Source: Rhizobium sp. Q54
Lineage (GTDB): Bacteria > Pseudomonadota > Alphaproteobacteria > SHVZ01
Length of the DNA: 64,000 bases
NCBI GenBank assembly: GCA_945871425.1
Contig: CAMBVS010000010.1
Span: forward strand, 6,543 to 70,542
Reading direction: 5' to 3'
Shown here: piece after piece, positions 15,375 through 24,690 of the stretch
Numbering within the stretch: the stretch's first letter is position 1
Layout: every line of letters starts with the position of its first letter
Made by a program: the position numbers and the translations under genes
The notes under the pieces: model-generated
Seen by the model: only the letters and a program-made list of their open reading frames with translations
What the model was told of the DNA's origin: nothing
Databases searched by the model: none

Positions 15375-16574
15375 TCAGGGGACGAGCGGGGCCGGCCGGG
15401 CCGTATCGATCGGCTGATTCGACCACAGGCTCGCCGTTCCCATGGCCCGATGCGGCGGGTCGGTCTCTTCGATCACGCCGCCGAAGGGCAGGATGCCGCC
15501 AAGGATCCTCTTCACGTCGCGATCGACGGCGCGGACCATGTCGTTCTGCTCGTAGAGCAGGCCCTGGTCGCCGAGCGCCGCGCGGGCGAGCTCGCCATAG
15601 TGCCCGACCTGCGCATCCGACATCTCCTGCATCGAGCGGAAGTTCAGGATGAGGTCGACCGGCCGGAGCTCCCCCAGCACGCGCTCGGCCAGGTGGGTGA
15701 CGACGAAGACGCCGGCGAAGGAGTCCGGAAGCTTCGCCGACAGATGTCCCGTCTCGGTCGACACGTATCCCTCCGGTGTCGCCACGTAGGTCGGCTGGCC
15801 CGCCCACAGCAGGGAAAGATAGATCGCGGCGAACAGGAGCGAGTCGGGCAGGTCGATGGCGACGAACCGCTGGCGTCCCGGCGACAAGGCTTGCCCGAGC
15901 TGATACCCCAGCCCGCCGAAGCCCGAGCCGATGTCGACCACGGTCACCGGACGGCCGCGCCCCGCCGTCTCGCGCAGCCGTCCGAGCACCCCCGATCCAT
16001 AGAGCCCGTTCATCTGCGTCTGCAGGCTCCAGGCATCGTAGCTGGCCACCACGCCGTCGCAGATCGGGCCGGCCTCGCCGAGAAACGCCGGGAGTCGTAC
16101 CCGCGCATGGTCCGGCAGCCGCCGCTGGGCGAGCAGAAGCTCCATCATCGCGATGCTGACATTGGTGTGGCGCTGCAAAAGCGCGTCGATGTCGGCGGGT
16201 ATGACGGCGGGAACCGGGCCGCCAAGCGTGTTGCCGATAGGATCGAAGCCGGTGAAGGGCTGGCAGAGCAGGCGGAGATGCTCGAACTGCCGCCTCTCCT
16301 TCAGGAAAAGCGAGTGCCAGCCGCCGGCCATCTCGCCGGACCAGGCGTTGTCTCCGGCCGAAATGTCCCGTGTTGGCGTCGACGCCTCGGGAGATGCGGC
16401 CGGCCTCCTCAGGCCGCCGATGAGATCCGCAAGAGCGGAGGCCGTGCGGTACTCGGCATCGGTCAGTCGTCTGTTGCCGGCCGGGGTCAGGTGCCCGGCA
16501 TAACGGAAGGTCAGAGGCTCGCCACGGAAGTTCACCGTGACGGGGGTTTCCTCGGATTCGGCAGGACTCGACAT
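15375..16574 (-). CDS. Class I SAM-dependent methyltransferase-like protein with a long unassigned N-terminal region
   Basis: 399 aa from MSSPAESEE (ATG at 16574). Motif I is VTVVDIGSGFGGLGYQLG, followed by an acidic motif II (FVAIDLPD). The longer 784-aa track ORF runs antisense into phoR and is rejected. Confidence 0.6.
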   Translation of the reverse strand: MSSPAESEETPVTVNFRGEPLTFRYAGHLTPAGNRRLTDAEYRTASALADLIGGLRRPAASPEASTPTRDISAGDNAWSGEMAGGWHSLFLKERRQFEHLRLLCQPFTGFDPIGNTLGGPVPAVIPADIDALLQRHTNVSIAMMELLLAQRRLPDHARVRLPAFLGEAGPICDGVVASYDAWSLQTQMNGLYGSGVLGRLRETAGRGRPVTVVDIGSGFGGLGYQLGQALSPGRQRFVAIDLPDSLLFAAIYLSLLWAGQPTYVATPEGYVSTETGHLSAKLPDSFAGVFVVTHLAERVLGELRPVDLILNFRSMQEMSDAQVGHYGELARAALGDQGLLYEQNDMVRAVDRDVKRILGGILPFGGVIEETDPPHRAMGTASLWSNQPIDTARPAPLVP

Positions 16575-16725
16575 GTCTCGGCTCACCTCGTTCCCTCGCC
16601 AGCCCATCCTAGGAGATTTCGAACGACGGCGGTGCGGGCATGGCGGTAGACGCCAAAGGCGAAGCAGGGCAAAGCTAGCGACGGGGCGGCGGCAATCCGA
16701 CCCGAACGCGGTGCCGCTGCCACAC

Positions 16726-18018
16726 ATGTCACCATTGCAGGCGCACATGCCGTTGGCCGTTTCCCCTCGCAGCCTGGTGATCGGCGCAACGACCGCGCTG
16801 CCGGCCCTGATTGCGCTGGGCGCGCTGGCCGGCGGCTGGATCGGCGTTGCCGCGTTCGCAGCGGCGGCGGCGGCGATCGGCGGCACCGTTGCGGCGGTCC
16901 GAGTCGCGCGCGCCGAGCGTGGCCCGGCCGCGGCAAGCGCAGCCGGCCCGGAATCCGGCCCGGGCGATCTCGCCCGGCTGACCGAGGGGCAGCTCCGGCT
17001 CTTCGACAACATCCCCGATCCCCTGCTCCACGTCGGCGCCGACCGGACGGTCCTCGCCGCCAACCGAGCCGCCCGCGCGCTGTTCGGGCCGGCCATCGAG
17101 GACCGAGACCTGGCACATGTGCTCCGCCAGCCCGACGTCCTGGAGGCGGCCGAGGCGGTGCTGGCCGGTGGCCCCGGCCGTGAGGTCCAGATCGAGCTGG
17201 CGGGGTCGGCGGAGCGCCATTTCGCCGTCCGGATCGAGCCGCTGGCGCAGGCGAGCGCGCTGCTGCTGCTCCACGACACCACGCAGATCGCCAAGCTCGA
17301 GCAGATGCGCGCCGACTTCGTCGCCAATGCCAGCCACGAGATCCGGACGCCGCTGGCTTCGCTCATGGGGTTCATCGAGACGCTGCAAGGCGCGGCGAAG
17401 GACGATGCCCAGGCGCGGACGACCTTCCTCGGCATCATGCACGACCAGGCGCGGCGCATGGCACGCCTGGTCGACGACCTGCTCTCGCTGTCGCGCATCG
17501 AACTGAAGGAGCATACGCCGCCGACCGCCTCGGTCGATCTCGCCATGACGATCGGCGCGCTCAAGACGACGCTCGACTGCCAGGCCGAGGTCCGCCGCAT
17601 GCCCATCGTCCTCGACCTTGCCGCCGGCCTGCCCAAGGTCGTCGGCGACGCCGACGAGCTGACCCAAGTGTTCCAGAACCTGATCGACAATGCGCTCAAA
17701 TACGGGAAACCCGGGACCGAGATCCGCATTGCCGCCGGAGAGGCCGCGCAGACCCCGCCCTCCTTCCCGGATCCGAGGCGGCGCGCCGTGGCCGTGTCCG
17801 TGACCGATCAGGGCGAGGGTATCGCCCGCGCGCATCTGAGCCGGCTGACCGAGCGCTTCTATCGCGTGGACGTCGGGCGGTCGCGCGACCTCGGCGGCAC
17901 CGGCCTCGGCCTAGCGATCGTCAAGCACATCGTCAGCCGCCATCGCGGCGCTCTGGCCGTCGATTCCGAGGTCGGCCGCGGCAGCACCTTCACCGTCTTC
18001 CTGCCCGTCGCCGAGTGA
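16726..18018 (+). CDS. phoR: Phosphate regulon sensor histidine kinase
   Basis: H-box FVANASHEIRTPLASLMGFIETL, plus N and G boxes (QVFQNLIDNALKYG, DLGGTGLGLAIVKHIV). Context is phoU and phoB. Start taken at MSPLQ (16726), with an alternative at 16747. Confidence 0.85.
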   Translation: MSPLQAHMPLAVSPRSLVIGATTALPALIALGALAGGWIGVAAFAAAAAAIGGTVAAVRVARAERGPAAASAAGPESGPGDLARLTEGQLRLFDNIPDPLLHVGADRTVLAANRAARALFGPAIEDRDLAHVLRQPDVLEAAEAVLAGGPGREVQIELAGSAERHFAVRIEPLAQASALLLLHDTTQIAKLEQMRADFVANASHEIRTPLASLMGFIETLQGAAKDDAQARTTFLGIMHDQARRMARLVDDLLSLSRIELKEHTPPTASVDLAMTIGALKTTLDCQAEVRRMPIVLDLAAGLPKVVGDADELTQVFQNLIDNALKYGKPGTEIRIAAGEAAQTPPSFPDPRRRAVAVSVTDQGEGIARAHLSRLTERFYRVDVGRSRDLGGTGLGLAIVKHIVSRHRGALAVDSEVGRGSTFTVFLPVAE

Positions 18019-18821
18019 TCGCGCTCCGCCTTCTCGTCGCGACGGCGATTGTCCAGGCCGCACCGGCCTCGGCACGCGACGCCCCCTGGCTGATCGCCCC
18101 GCCGGCGCTGGTCGAGGTCGCCCGCGGTCTCGGCGGCCCCGCCGCGCGCATCCAGGCGCGGGAGGAAGAGGAAGCGGTCACGGCCTATTGCCAGGGGCTC
18201 GGCGCCCAGACGGCCGACGCGCTGGTCCTGCCTCGCCGCCTGCTCGACCGCGAGCGGCGATCCTGCGAGGCCGAGGCGATCCCGGGCGAACCCGAACGCC
18301 TGCTGGGCCTGATCGGCCTCGTCCTCGAGGGGCCGGTCGCCGAGCTGACCCGCCGGCACATGTGGCAGGCCTTCGCGCGCGAAGTCTCCGAAGACGGCAA
18401 GCTCGCTGCCAACAAGGCGGGAAGCTGGCGCCAGATCGACCCCGCCCTGCCCGATCGCCCGATCGCGCTCCGCCTCGAAGCGCCGGCGCCGCTCGCCGAT
18501 GCGCTGATCCTCGCCATCGGCTGCCTCGGCGCGACCGGATACGCCAAGCTCGACCGCACACGTCTCTGCCATGGCGTGCGGGCCGACCTTCCGCAGGGAC
18601 CGGATCCGGTCGTCATCCGCAGGCTCGGGCCGGGCGGCCAGGGCCAGGCGATCGAGGGCGTCGCGCCGACCGCGCCCGATCTCACCACCGGCCGCTATCC
18701 CCTGGCGAGACGCGTCTATCTGTATCTGAAGCGGGCGCACCTGCCGGGAATTCCCGGTCTCCCCAGCCTGTTGCAGGCGGAGGCGCCGGGCCTGGTGCCG
18801 GTTCCGCCGACGGCGCCCTGA
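18015..18821 (+). CDS. Periplasmic protein with weak PstS/PBP-like C-terminal motif; function uncertain
   Basis: 268 aa with signal peptide MIALRLLVATAIVQAAPASA. GC3 is very high in this frame, so it is real coding. RYPLARRVYLYLK resembles the YPLSRPLY motif of PstS-family binding proteins. The GTGA overlap with the phoR stop suggests coupling. Confidence 0.5.
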   Translation: MIALRLLVATAIVQAAPASARDAPWLIAPPALVEVARGLGGPAARIQAREEEEAVTAYCQGLGAQTADALVLPRRLLDRERRSCEAEAIPGEPERLLGLIGLVLEGPVAELTRRHMWQAFAREVSEDGKLAANKAGSWRQIDPALPDRPIALRLEAPAPLADALILAIGCLGATGYAKLDRTRLCHGVRADLPQGPDPVVIRRLGPGGQGQAIEGVAPTAPDLTTGRYPLARRVYLYLKRAHLPGIPGLPSLLQAEAPGLVPVPPTAP

Positions 18822-18831
18822 ATTCATCAAT

Positions 18832-18853
18832 CTGTCATATGATAGTCATATGA
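18832..18853 (+). promoter_or_regulatory. Pho box (PhoB binding site) upstream of phoU-phoB
   Basis: CTGTCAT-ATGA-TAGTCAT, also readable as GTCATATGA repeated with 11-bp periodicity. A TATAGA -10-like hexamer lies at 18871-18876, about 20 nt downstream, and the phoU ATG is at 18904. Confidence 0.6.
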
Positions 18854-18903
18854 CCTTAGCGTGACCGGGCTATAGACTGGCTCGGGAACTTCAAGGAAAC
18901 GTC

Positions 18904-19626
18904 ATGGTCTCCGAGCACATCGTCCACGCCTATGACGATCAGCTGAAGCGGCTGAAAGCCGAGATCAGCGAGATGGGCGGGCTCGTCGAGGCTCAGCTCG
19001 GCCAGGCCATCCAGGCGGTCGGCAGCCGCGATGCCGAGCTCGGCCAGCGCTGCGTCGCGTCCGATGCAAGGGTCGACGCGCTCGAACGCCAGATCGATGA
19101 ATCGGTGGTGAAGATGCTGGCGCTCCGCCAGCCGATGGCGAGCGACCTCCGAACCATCCTCTCGGCCCTCAAGATCGCCGCCGACCTCGAGCGGATCGGC
19201 GACTATGCCGCTAATGCCGGCAAGCGCGTGCAGGCGCTGAACCAGTTCCCGCCGGTGCCGAGCGTCGGCGGCGTGGTGCGCTTGGGACAGCTCGCCCGCC
19301 ATGTCGTCAAGGACGTGCTCGACGCCTTCGCTTCCTCCGATACCGCGCGTGCGATCCAGGTCTGGCAGCGGGACGAGGAGGTGGACGCCATGTACACCAG
19401 CCTCTTCCGCGAGCTCCTGACCTACATGATGGAGGACCCGCGCAATATCACGCCCTGCACGCATCTCCTGTTCATCGCCAAGAACCTGGAGCGCATCGGC
19501 GACCATGCGACGAACATCGCCGAGACCATCCACTTCCAGGTCGTCGGCCGCACCATCGCCGAGGCGCGGCCGAAGGGCGACGAAACCAGCTTCGCCGTAG
19601 TCGAGCCCGATGCCCGCCGGTCCTGA
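18904..19626 (+). CDS. phoU: Phosphate signaling complex protein PhoU
   Basis: 240 aa with duplicated PhoU repeats carrying DLERIGDYAANAGK and NLERIGDHATNIAE. Confidence 0.93.
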   Translation: MVSEHIVHAYDDQLKRLKAEISEMGGLVEAQLGQAIQAVGSRDAELGQRCVASDARVDALERQIDESVVKMLALRQPMASDLRTILSALKIAADLERIGDYAANAGKRVQALNQFPPVPSVGGVVRLGQLARHVVKDVLDAFASSDTARAIQVWQRDEEVDAMYTSLFRELLTYMMEDPRNITPCTHLLFIAKNLERIGDHATNIAETIHFQVVGRTIAEARPKGDETSFAVVEPDARRS

Positions 19627-19627
19627 G

Positions 19628-20338
19628 ATGATGAGCCCGCTGGTCCTGGTGGTCGAGGACGAAGGCGCCCTCGTCACCCTCCTTCGCTACAACCTCGAGC
19701 GCGAAGGCTTCCGCGTCGCCGAGGCGCGCGACGGCGAGGAGGCGATCCTGCAGGCGGCCGAGCTCAAGCCCGACCTGATCCTGCTCGACTGGATGATCCC
19801 GCATGTCTCGGGCCTCGAGGTCTGCCGGCGGCTCCGGCGGCGGCCGGACACACGCTCGACACCGATCATCATGCTGACCGCCCGCGCCGAGGAGAGCGAC
19901 AAGATCCGCGGCCTCGATGGCGGCGCCGACGACTACGTGACCAAGCCGTTCAGCCCGACCGAGCTGGTGAGCCGGGTGCGAGCGCTGCTGCGCCGCTCGC
20001 GACCGGCGATGGCGGCCGAGCGGCTGGAATTCGCCGACCTGGTGATGGACCTGGCCGCGCATCGGGTCCGCCGCGGCGGCCGCGACATCCATCTCGGGCC
20101 GACCGAGTTCCGGCTTCTGCGCCACCTGCTCGAGCATCCGGGCCGGGTCTTCTCGCGCGAGCAGCTCCTGAACGCGGTCTGGGGCAGCGAGGTCTATGTC
20201 GAGCCCAGGACGGTCGACGTCCATATCCGGCGCCTCAGGCTCGCGGTCAATGCGCCCGACGAGGCGGACCTGATCCGCACCGTCCGCTCCGTCGGCTACG
20301 CCCTCGACCGGCCGACCAACGGTCACGACGGAGGCTAG
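19628..20338 (+). CDS. phoB: Phosphate regulon response regulator PhoB
   Basis: Receiver domain (LVVEDEGAL...LILLDWMIP...DDYVTKPF) plus an OmpR-type winged helix (TVDVHIRRLR...IRTVRSVGYAL). The ATG at 19628 follows the phoU stop; alternative start at 19610. Confidence 0.93.
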   Translation: MMSPLVLVVEDEGALVTLLRYNLEREGFRVAEARDGEEAILQAAELKPDLILLDWMIPHVSGLEVCRRLRRRPDTRSTPIIMLTARAEESDKIRGLDGGADDYVTKPFSPTELVSRVRALLRRSRPAMAAERLEFADLVMDLAAHRVRRGGRDIHLGPTEFRLLRHLLEHPGRVFSREQLLNAVWGSEVYVEPRTVDVHIRRLRLAVNAPDEADLIRTVRSVGYALDRPTNGHDGG

Positions 20339-21360
20339 GTCGTCGGCGCAGCCTTCGGCGATTGCCCGGCAAGGCGAGCCTGGTCCACGGCCACCGCGAC
20401 GCACTCCAGAAGCCGCTGTTTGACCTCGCCGTCGGGCAGCAGCGGCATCGCTTCGAGAATGCATGCGACATGGTCCAGCTCCAGGACTCCATAGTGCATG
20501 GCGCGCGCGATGTTGGGGATGATGAAGTCGGCCATCGTTCCGGTAAGCCAGGGGTCGTGTTCCCGAGTCTCGAACAGGGACCGGAACGGGATCAGGCCCT
20601 GGCGATGGAGGTGGAGGAAGGTCTGTATCCAGCCGATCGATCCCCCGATGGGACCGTTCATGATTCCGGGCCTGAGCTCCGTCGCCGGTCGGTCGCCGTT
20701 GAATTGACGCTGGCGGAGGGCGGCCTGAGGCACGACGGCGCAACGCGCCTCGTGAAAGGCACGGAGGTAGATCTCGATCTGGGGGTAGGGAAACCCGATC
20801 TGGAGGCTGTAGCTGCTGGGCGCCGCCATCGCCGGAATCCGGCGGAACAGGACGGCGGAGATGAACGCCAGGTTGGAAGCGAGTCCGTGGGCTCGCGCCA
20901 GATCCATGATTCCGCCATAGACGAGACCGCTCTCGATCGCCATCAAACGCTCGAGAATGCACTCCGACATGTCGCGGTTCCAGATCGACCGGTTGAACAG
21001 GAGCAGGTCGGGATCGAGGCTGTCGATGACGGCGATCGCCAGATCGAGGAAGTAGTCCTCGTAGATGTCGTCATCGCCGGCTACGCAGACGAATTTCCCC
21101 CGGGCGAGACGGAAGGCCAGCCAGTAGTTGGAAACGACTCCGTAGTTTCTCTCGTTCCGGCGATAGCGGATCCCGCCGAGCTCGTGGGACAGGCTCCGGA
21201 CCACCTCCTCCGTCCTGTCGGTCGAGGCGTTGTCGCTGATGACGACCTCGACCCGTCCGGGGTGGCGTCGCGTCTGCGGGGCGAGCGAACGAAGCATCTC
21301 CTCCAGGTATTTGTCCCGGTCGAAAGTCGGGATGGCGATCGAAATGAGCGGCTGATCCAT
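20335..21360 (-). CDS. Family 2 glycosyltransferase
   Basis: 341 aa from MDQPLISIAIPTFDRDKYLEEMLRSL. It has the GT-A motifs VVISDNASTD and GDDD. The stop overlaps the phoB stop (CTAG). GC is lower than in neighbouring genes. Confidence 0.85.
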   Translation of the reverse strand: MDQPLISIAIPTFDRDKYLEEMLRSLAPQTRRHPGRVEVVISDNASTDRTEEVVRSLSHELGGIRYRRNERNYGVVSNYWLAFRLARGKFVCVAGDDDIYEDYFLDLAIAVIDSLDPDLLLFNRSIWNRDMSECILERLMAIESGLVYGGIMDLARAHGLASNLAFISAVLFRRIPAMAAPSSYSLQIGFPYPQIEIYLRAFHEARCAVVPQAALRQRQFNGDRPATELRPGIMNGPIGGSIGWIQTFLHLHRQGLIPFRSLFETREHDPWLTGTMADFIIPNIARAMHYGVLELDHVACILEAMPLLPDGEVKQRLLECVAVAVDQARLAGQSPKAAPTT

Positions 21361-21464
21361 CAATCTCGTCCCAGGGAAATGAAGCCGGGGGCACCGTATG
21401 GAAGACGTTTCCTGCATGCAAGGTTGCACATCGAATCGGCGTAGTCGCCGCGGCGTCCTGGTCT

Positions 21465-22424
21465 ATGATCCGGCTCATGTCGGCGCATCCCGGTTCCGAA
21501 TTCCATGGACGTCGCGCGCTGGTCACCGGCGCGACGGGCTATCTCGGCGTCGCCGTGACGCGCCGGCTCGCATCCGCAGGATGGGAGGTCCATGCACTCG
21601 TTCGGCCCGAGTCTTCGCGCGTACGCCTGACCGCCGTCCTTCCTTCCGATCGGTTCCACCCGGTCGGTGTCGAAGCCGGTGCGATCTCGGCCATCGTGGA
21701 TCGTCTGCGGCCGGACGCCATCTTCCATCTGGCCGCGGCCGGCCGTATCGACCATCGCATCGCCGACATCGCGCCGATGATCGAGGCCAACTTCGCGCTG
21801 GGTGCCGTCGTCGCCGAGGCGGCAGCGTCGGCGTCCGCCGCGCTTCTCGTCGCGGGGAGCTACTGGGAGTACGGCGAGGCGGGGACGGGCGGGCCGAACA
21901 GCCTCTACGCCGCGACCAAGCGCTCGCTCGATCCCGTGCTCGCCTACTACGCCGACCGGCGCAGTCTTAAATGGACGAAGCTGGTCCTCCACGACATCTA
22001 CGGGCCGGCCGACTGGCGCCGGCGGCTCGTCACCCAGTTGATCGAAGCTGCCGAGTCAGGCGCGCCGATCGAGCTGACGGAGGGACTGCAGGAGATCGAG
22101 CCCATACATGCGGACGACGCCGCCGGCGCCTTCCTCCGCGCGGCGGAGATGTTGTTGGAAGTCCGGACAGTCACCAATGTCGCCGGCATCGGCGGAGGAG
22201 AGCGGGTGACGTTGCGAGCGCTGGCGGGGCTGATCGAGGATACGACCGGGCGCAGGATCGATGCCCGCTGGGGAAGCCGTCCCTATCCCGAGGGCCAGAT
22301 CTTCCGGCCGGCGGAGCTAACCCGCCTGCCATCCTGGCAACCACGAAAGACGTTGAAGGGCGGCCTCGAGACGGTGGTCGCGAGTCTGCGCCAAGCTCAG
22401 CGCGGCGCCCGGCAGAAGGCGTGA
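21465..22424 (+). CDS. Extended SDR NAD(P)-dependent epimerase/reductase (candidate CDP-3,6-dideoxyhexose 4-keto reductase)
   Basis: GATGYLG Rossmann motif and catalytic YAATK (YxxxK). The specific role is inferred only from ddhABC-like neighbours. Confidence 0.7.
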   Translation: MIRLMSAHPGSEFHGRRALVTGATGYLGVAVTRRLASAGWEVHALVRPESSRVRLTAVLPSDRFHPVGVEAGAISAIVDRLRPDAIFHLAAAGRIDHRIADIAPMIEANFALGAVVAEAAASASAALLVAGSYWEYGEAGTGGPNSLYAATKRSLDPVLAYYADRRSLKWTKLVLHDIYGPADWRRRLVTQLIEAAESGAPIELTEGLQEIEPIHADDAAGAFLRAAEMLLEVRTVTNVAGIGGGERVTLRALAGLIEDTTGRRIDARWGSRPYPEGQIFRPAELTRLPSWQPRKTLKGGLETVVASLRQAQRGARQKA

Positions 22425-23719
22425 AGCCGTTCGATCACGAAGTCGATCATGGCCTCCGTCAGGCCGGGATAGACCCCTAGCCAGAACAGGCGCTCGGCGA
22501 CGATGTCGGTATTCGTGAGACGACCGACGACCCGATGCGGAATCCCGACATAGGCCGGTTGCCGCAGCAGGTTTCCGCCGAACAGCAGCCGCGTGCCGAT
22601 GTTCTGCTCGTTGAGCCAGCGCATCAGGTCCTCGCGCGGGAACGGCGCATCGGCGCGCAGCAGCAGCGGGAATCCGAACCAGCTGGGATCGCTCCTCGCC
22701 GTCGCTTCCGGCATCTCGAAGATGTCGGCGAGATCCTTCACGCCTTCGCGCAGGCGATGGAAGTTGCGCCGACGCGCGGCGATGAAGTCCGGAAGCTTCT
22801 CAAGCTGAGCCAATCCGATCGCAGCCTGCAGATCGGTCGCCTTCAGGTTATAGCCGATATGAGAATAGATATACTTGTGGTCATACCCATAAGGCAGATC
22901 GCCGAGCTGCCAGGCAAAGCGCTTGCCGCAGGTATTGTCCTTACCGGGCGCACAGTAGCAGTCACGCCCCCAGTCCCTCAGCGACTCGACCGCCCGCATC
23001 ACCCGCGTGTTCGCGGACAGCACCGCGCCGCCCTCGCCCATGGTGATGTGGTGCGCGGGGTAGAAGCTCACCGTCGCCACGTCGCCGAAGGTGCCGACGG
23101 CGCGCCCGTCATAGGTGGCACCGAGTGCGTCGCAGCAGTCCTCGACCAGCCAGAGGTCGCGCTTCTTCGCGATCTCCGCCACCTCGGCGACGGCGAAGGG
23201 ATTGCCGAGCGGATGCGCGATCATGATGGCGCGCGTGCGCGGGCCGATCGCTTCCTCGAGCGCCGCCAGGTCGACGCAGTGGGCCGGCAGCGTCACGTCG
23301 ACGAAGACCGGCACCAGGCCGTTCTGCAGGATCGGATTGACCGTCGTCGGGAATCCGGCCGCGACGGTGACGACCTCGTCGCCCGGAACCAGGCGCCGCT
23401 CGCCGACCAGCGGCGAGGTGAGCGCGGTGAGCGCCAGCAGGTTCGCAGAAGAGCCGGAGTTGCAGAGACGACAGCGGCGGCCGCCGAACCACTTGCCGAG
23501 TTCGTCCTCGAAGGAATCGGCGAAGTGCCCATGGGTCAGCCAGAACTCGAGCGATGCCTCGACCAGGCGCTTGACCTCGTCCGCATCGAAGTGCCGGCCT
23601 GCCACCGGCACGTGGGTCGTGCCGGGTACGAACGGCTTCGCCGGGAACGCCTCGGCGACATACTCCTCGACCAGGGACAGGATTTGCGCCTGCAGCTCGC
23701 GGGCACGGCCGGAACTCAC
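22397..23719 (-). CDS. ddhC: CDP-6-deoxy-L-threo-D-glycero-4-hexulose-3-dehydrase (E1, RfbH/DdhC-like)
   Basis: Near-colinear with my memory of Salmonella RfbH: [42 protein letters not shown] (His in place of the PLP Lys) and [19 protein letters not shown] (Fe-S Cys). The GTG at 23719 overlaps the upstream stop (GTGA) and gives 440 aa. Confidence 0.9.
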   Translation of the reverse strand: MSSGRARELQAQILSLVEEYVAEAFPAKPFVPGTTHVPVAGRHFDADEVKRLVEASLEFWLTHGHFADSFEDELGKWFGGRRCRLCNSGSSANLLALTALTSPLVGERRLVPGDEVVTVAAGFPTTVNPILQNGLVPVFVDVTLPAHCVDLAALEEAIGPRTRAIMIAHPLGNPFAVAEVAEIAKKRDLWLVEDCCDALGATYDGRAVGTFGDVATVSFYPAHHITMGEGGAVLSANTRVMRAVESLRDWGRDCYCAPGKDNTCGKRFAWQLGDLPYGYDHKYIYSHIGYNLKATDLQAAIGLAQLEKLPDFIAARRRNFHRLREGVKDLADIFEMPEATARSDPSWFGFPLLLRADAPFPREDLMRWLNEQNIGTRLLFGGNLLRQPAYVGIPHRVVGRLTNTDIVAERLFWLGVYPGLTEAMIDFVIERLHAFCRAPR

Positions 23720-24690
23720 GCGAGATACTCGCGATACCACCGAACGGTGCGTTCGACGCCGCCGACGAGATCGTGCCGCTCAGACCAGCCAAGCTCGTCG
23801 CGCATCCGCCTGGCCGAGAGGTGCTGGTGGCGGATCTCCAACTTGGCGGTACCGCGGACATCGGGTGCGAGGTCGACGCCCGCCGCCTTCGCCAGGGCCG
23901 TGACGATCTCCAGCACCGTCCGCGTCTCCTCGGTCGAGACGTTGAAGGCGCTGCCGCGGCGCGACGGATCGCCGGCGAGCCACTCCGCGAGCCGGACATA
24001 GGCATCGGCCGCGTCCTCGACATAGAGGTAGTCCCGGGTCAGGGTCCCGTCCGAGCGGATCACCGGCCGCTCGCCCCGGAGAAGCGAGCGGATCGTGCCG
24101 GGAATGAGCCGGTTCCAGTTGAGGTCGCCGCCGCCGTAGAGATTGGCGCAGCGGGTGACGAGGGCGGGCAGGCCGAAGGACGTGACGTAGCTCTGCGCCA
24201 CGGTCTCGGCCGCGACCTTGCTTGCATCGTAGGGATGGCGCCCGAGAAGCGGCATGTCCTCGGTGTAGGGAAGGACCGGCTGGTCGCCATAGGCCTTGTC
24301 GGACGAGGCGAGGACGATCGCGCGCAGACCACCGATCTGCCGGCAGGCCTCGAACAGCGTCCAGGTCCCGCCGACGTTCACATCGAAGGTCTCCGAGGGG
24401 TTGCCGGCAGCGACGCCGACTACGGTCTGCGCCGCCAGATGCATCACCACGTCGCATTCGTATTCGCCGAGCGCACGCTTTAACAGTTCCCCGTCGCGGA
24501 CATCGCCGTGGACGACCACGCAGCGGTCCATCAGGGTGCCGAAATGCGTCCGCGCCGCCGGGAGACCGTCGCGCACCAGGCAGACCGGCCGCGCGCCATC
24601 GGCGAGGAGCCGTGCAACGACCCAGCCGCCGAGGAGGCCGGTCGCGCCGGTCACCAGCACCGGCCGGTCGCGCCAAAAGGGCGTCACCAT
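23716..24690 (-). CDS. ddhB: CDP-glucose 4,6-dehydratase-like SDR (RfbG/DdhB-like)
   Basis: [20 protein letters not shown]-terminus and catalytic YDASK. Positioned between ddhA-like and ddhC-like genes. The start (24690, 24687 or 24699) overlaps the ddhA stop. Confidence 0.72.
   Translation of the reverse strand: MVTPFWRDRPVLVTGATGLLGGWVVARLLADGARPVCLVRDGLPAARTHFGTLMDRCVVVHGDVRDGELLKRALGEYECDVVMHLAAQTVVGVAAGNPSETFDVNVGGTWTLFEACRQIGGLRAIVLASSDKAYGDQPVLPYTEDMPLLGRHPYDASKVAAETVAQSYVTSFGLPALVTRCANLYGGGDLNWNRLIPGTIRSLLRGERPVIRSDGTLTRDYLYVEDAADAYVRLAEWLAGDPSRRGSAFNVSTEETRTVLEIVTALAKAAGVDLAPDVRGTAKLEIRHQHLSARRMRDELGWSERHDLVGGVERTVRWYREYLA

Noticed and set aside
15375-17729. 784-aa minus-strand ORF and its mirror ORF 15450-16649 (+)
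   Set aside because: The part upstream of 16574 is antisense to phoR (H-box and ATPase motifs are on the plus strand). The plus-strand mirror lacks any motif, whereas the minus frame has a SAM-binding motif. Only 15375-16574 (-) was kept.
23716-23740. VSRVSRVS repeat at the annotated N-terminus of the RfbH-like ORF as a possible tandem repeat or slippery region
   Set aside because: It is explained by overlap with the 3' end of the upstream dehydratase gene. The likely real start is the GTG at 23719 (GTGA overlap), which also gives the expected ~440-aa length.
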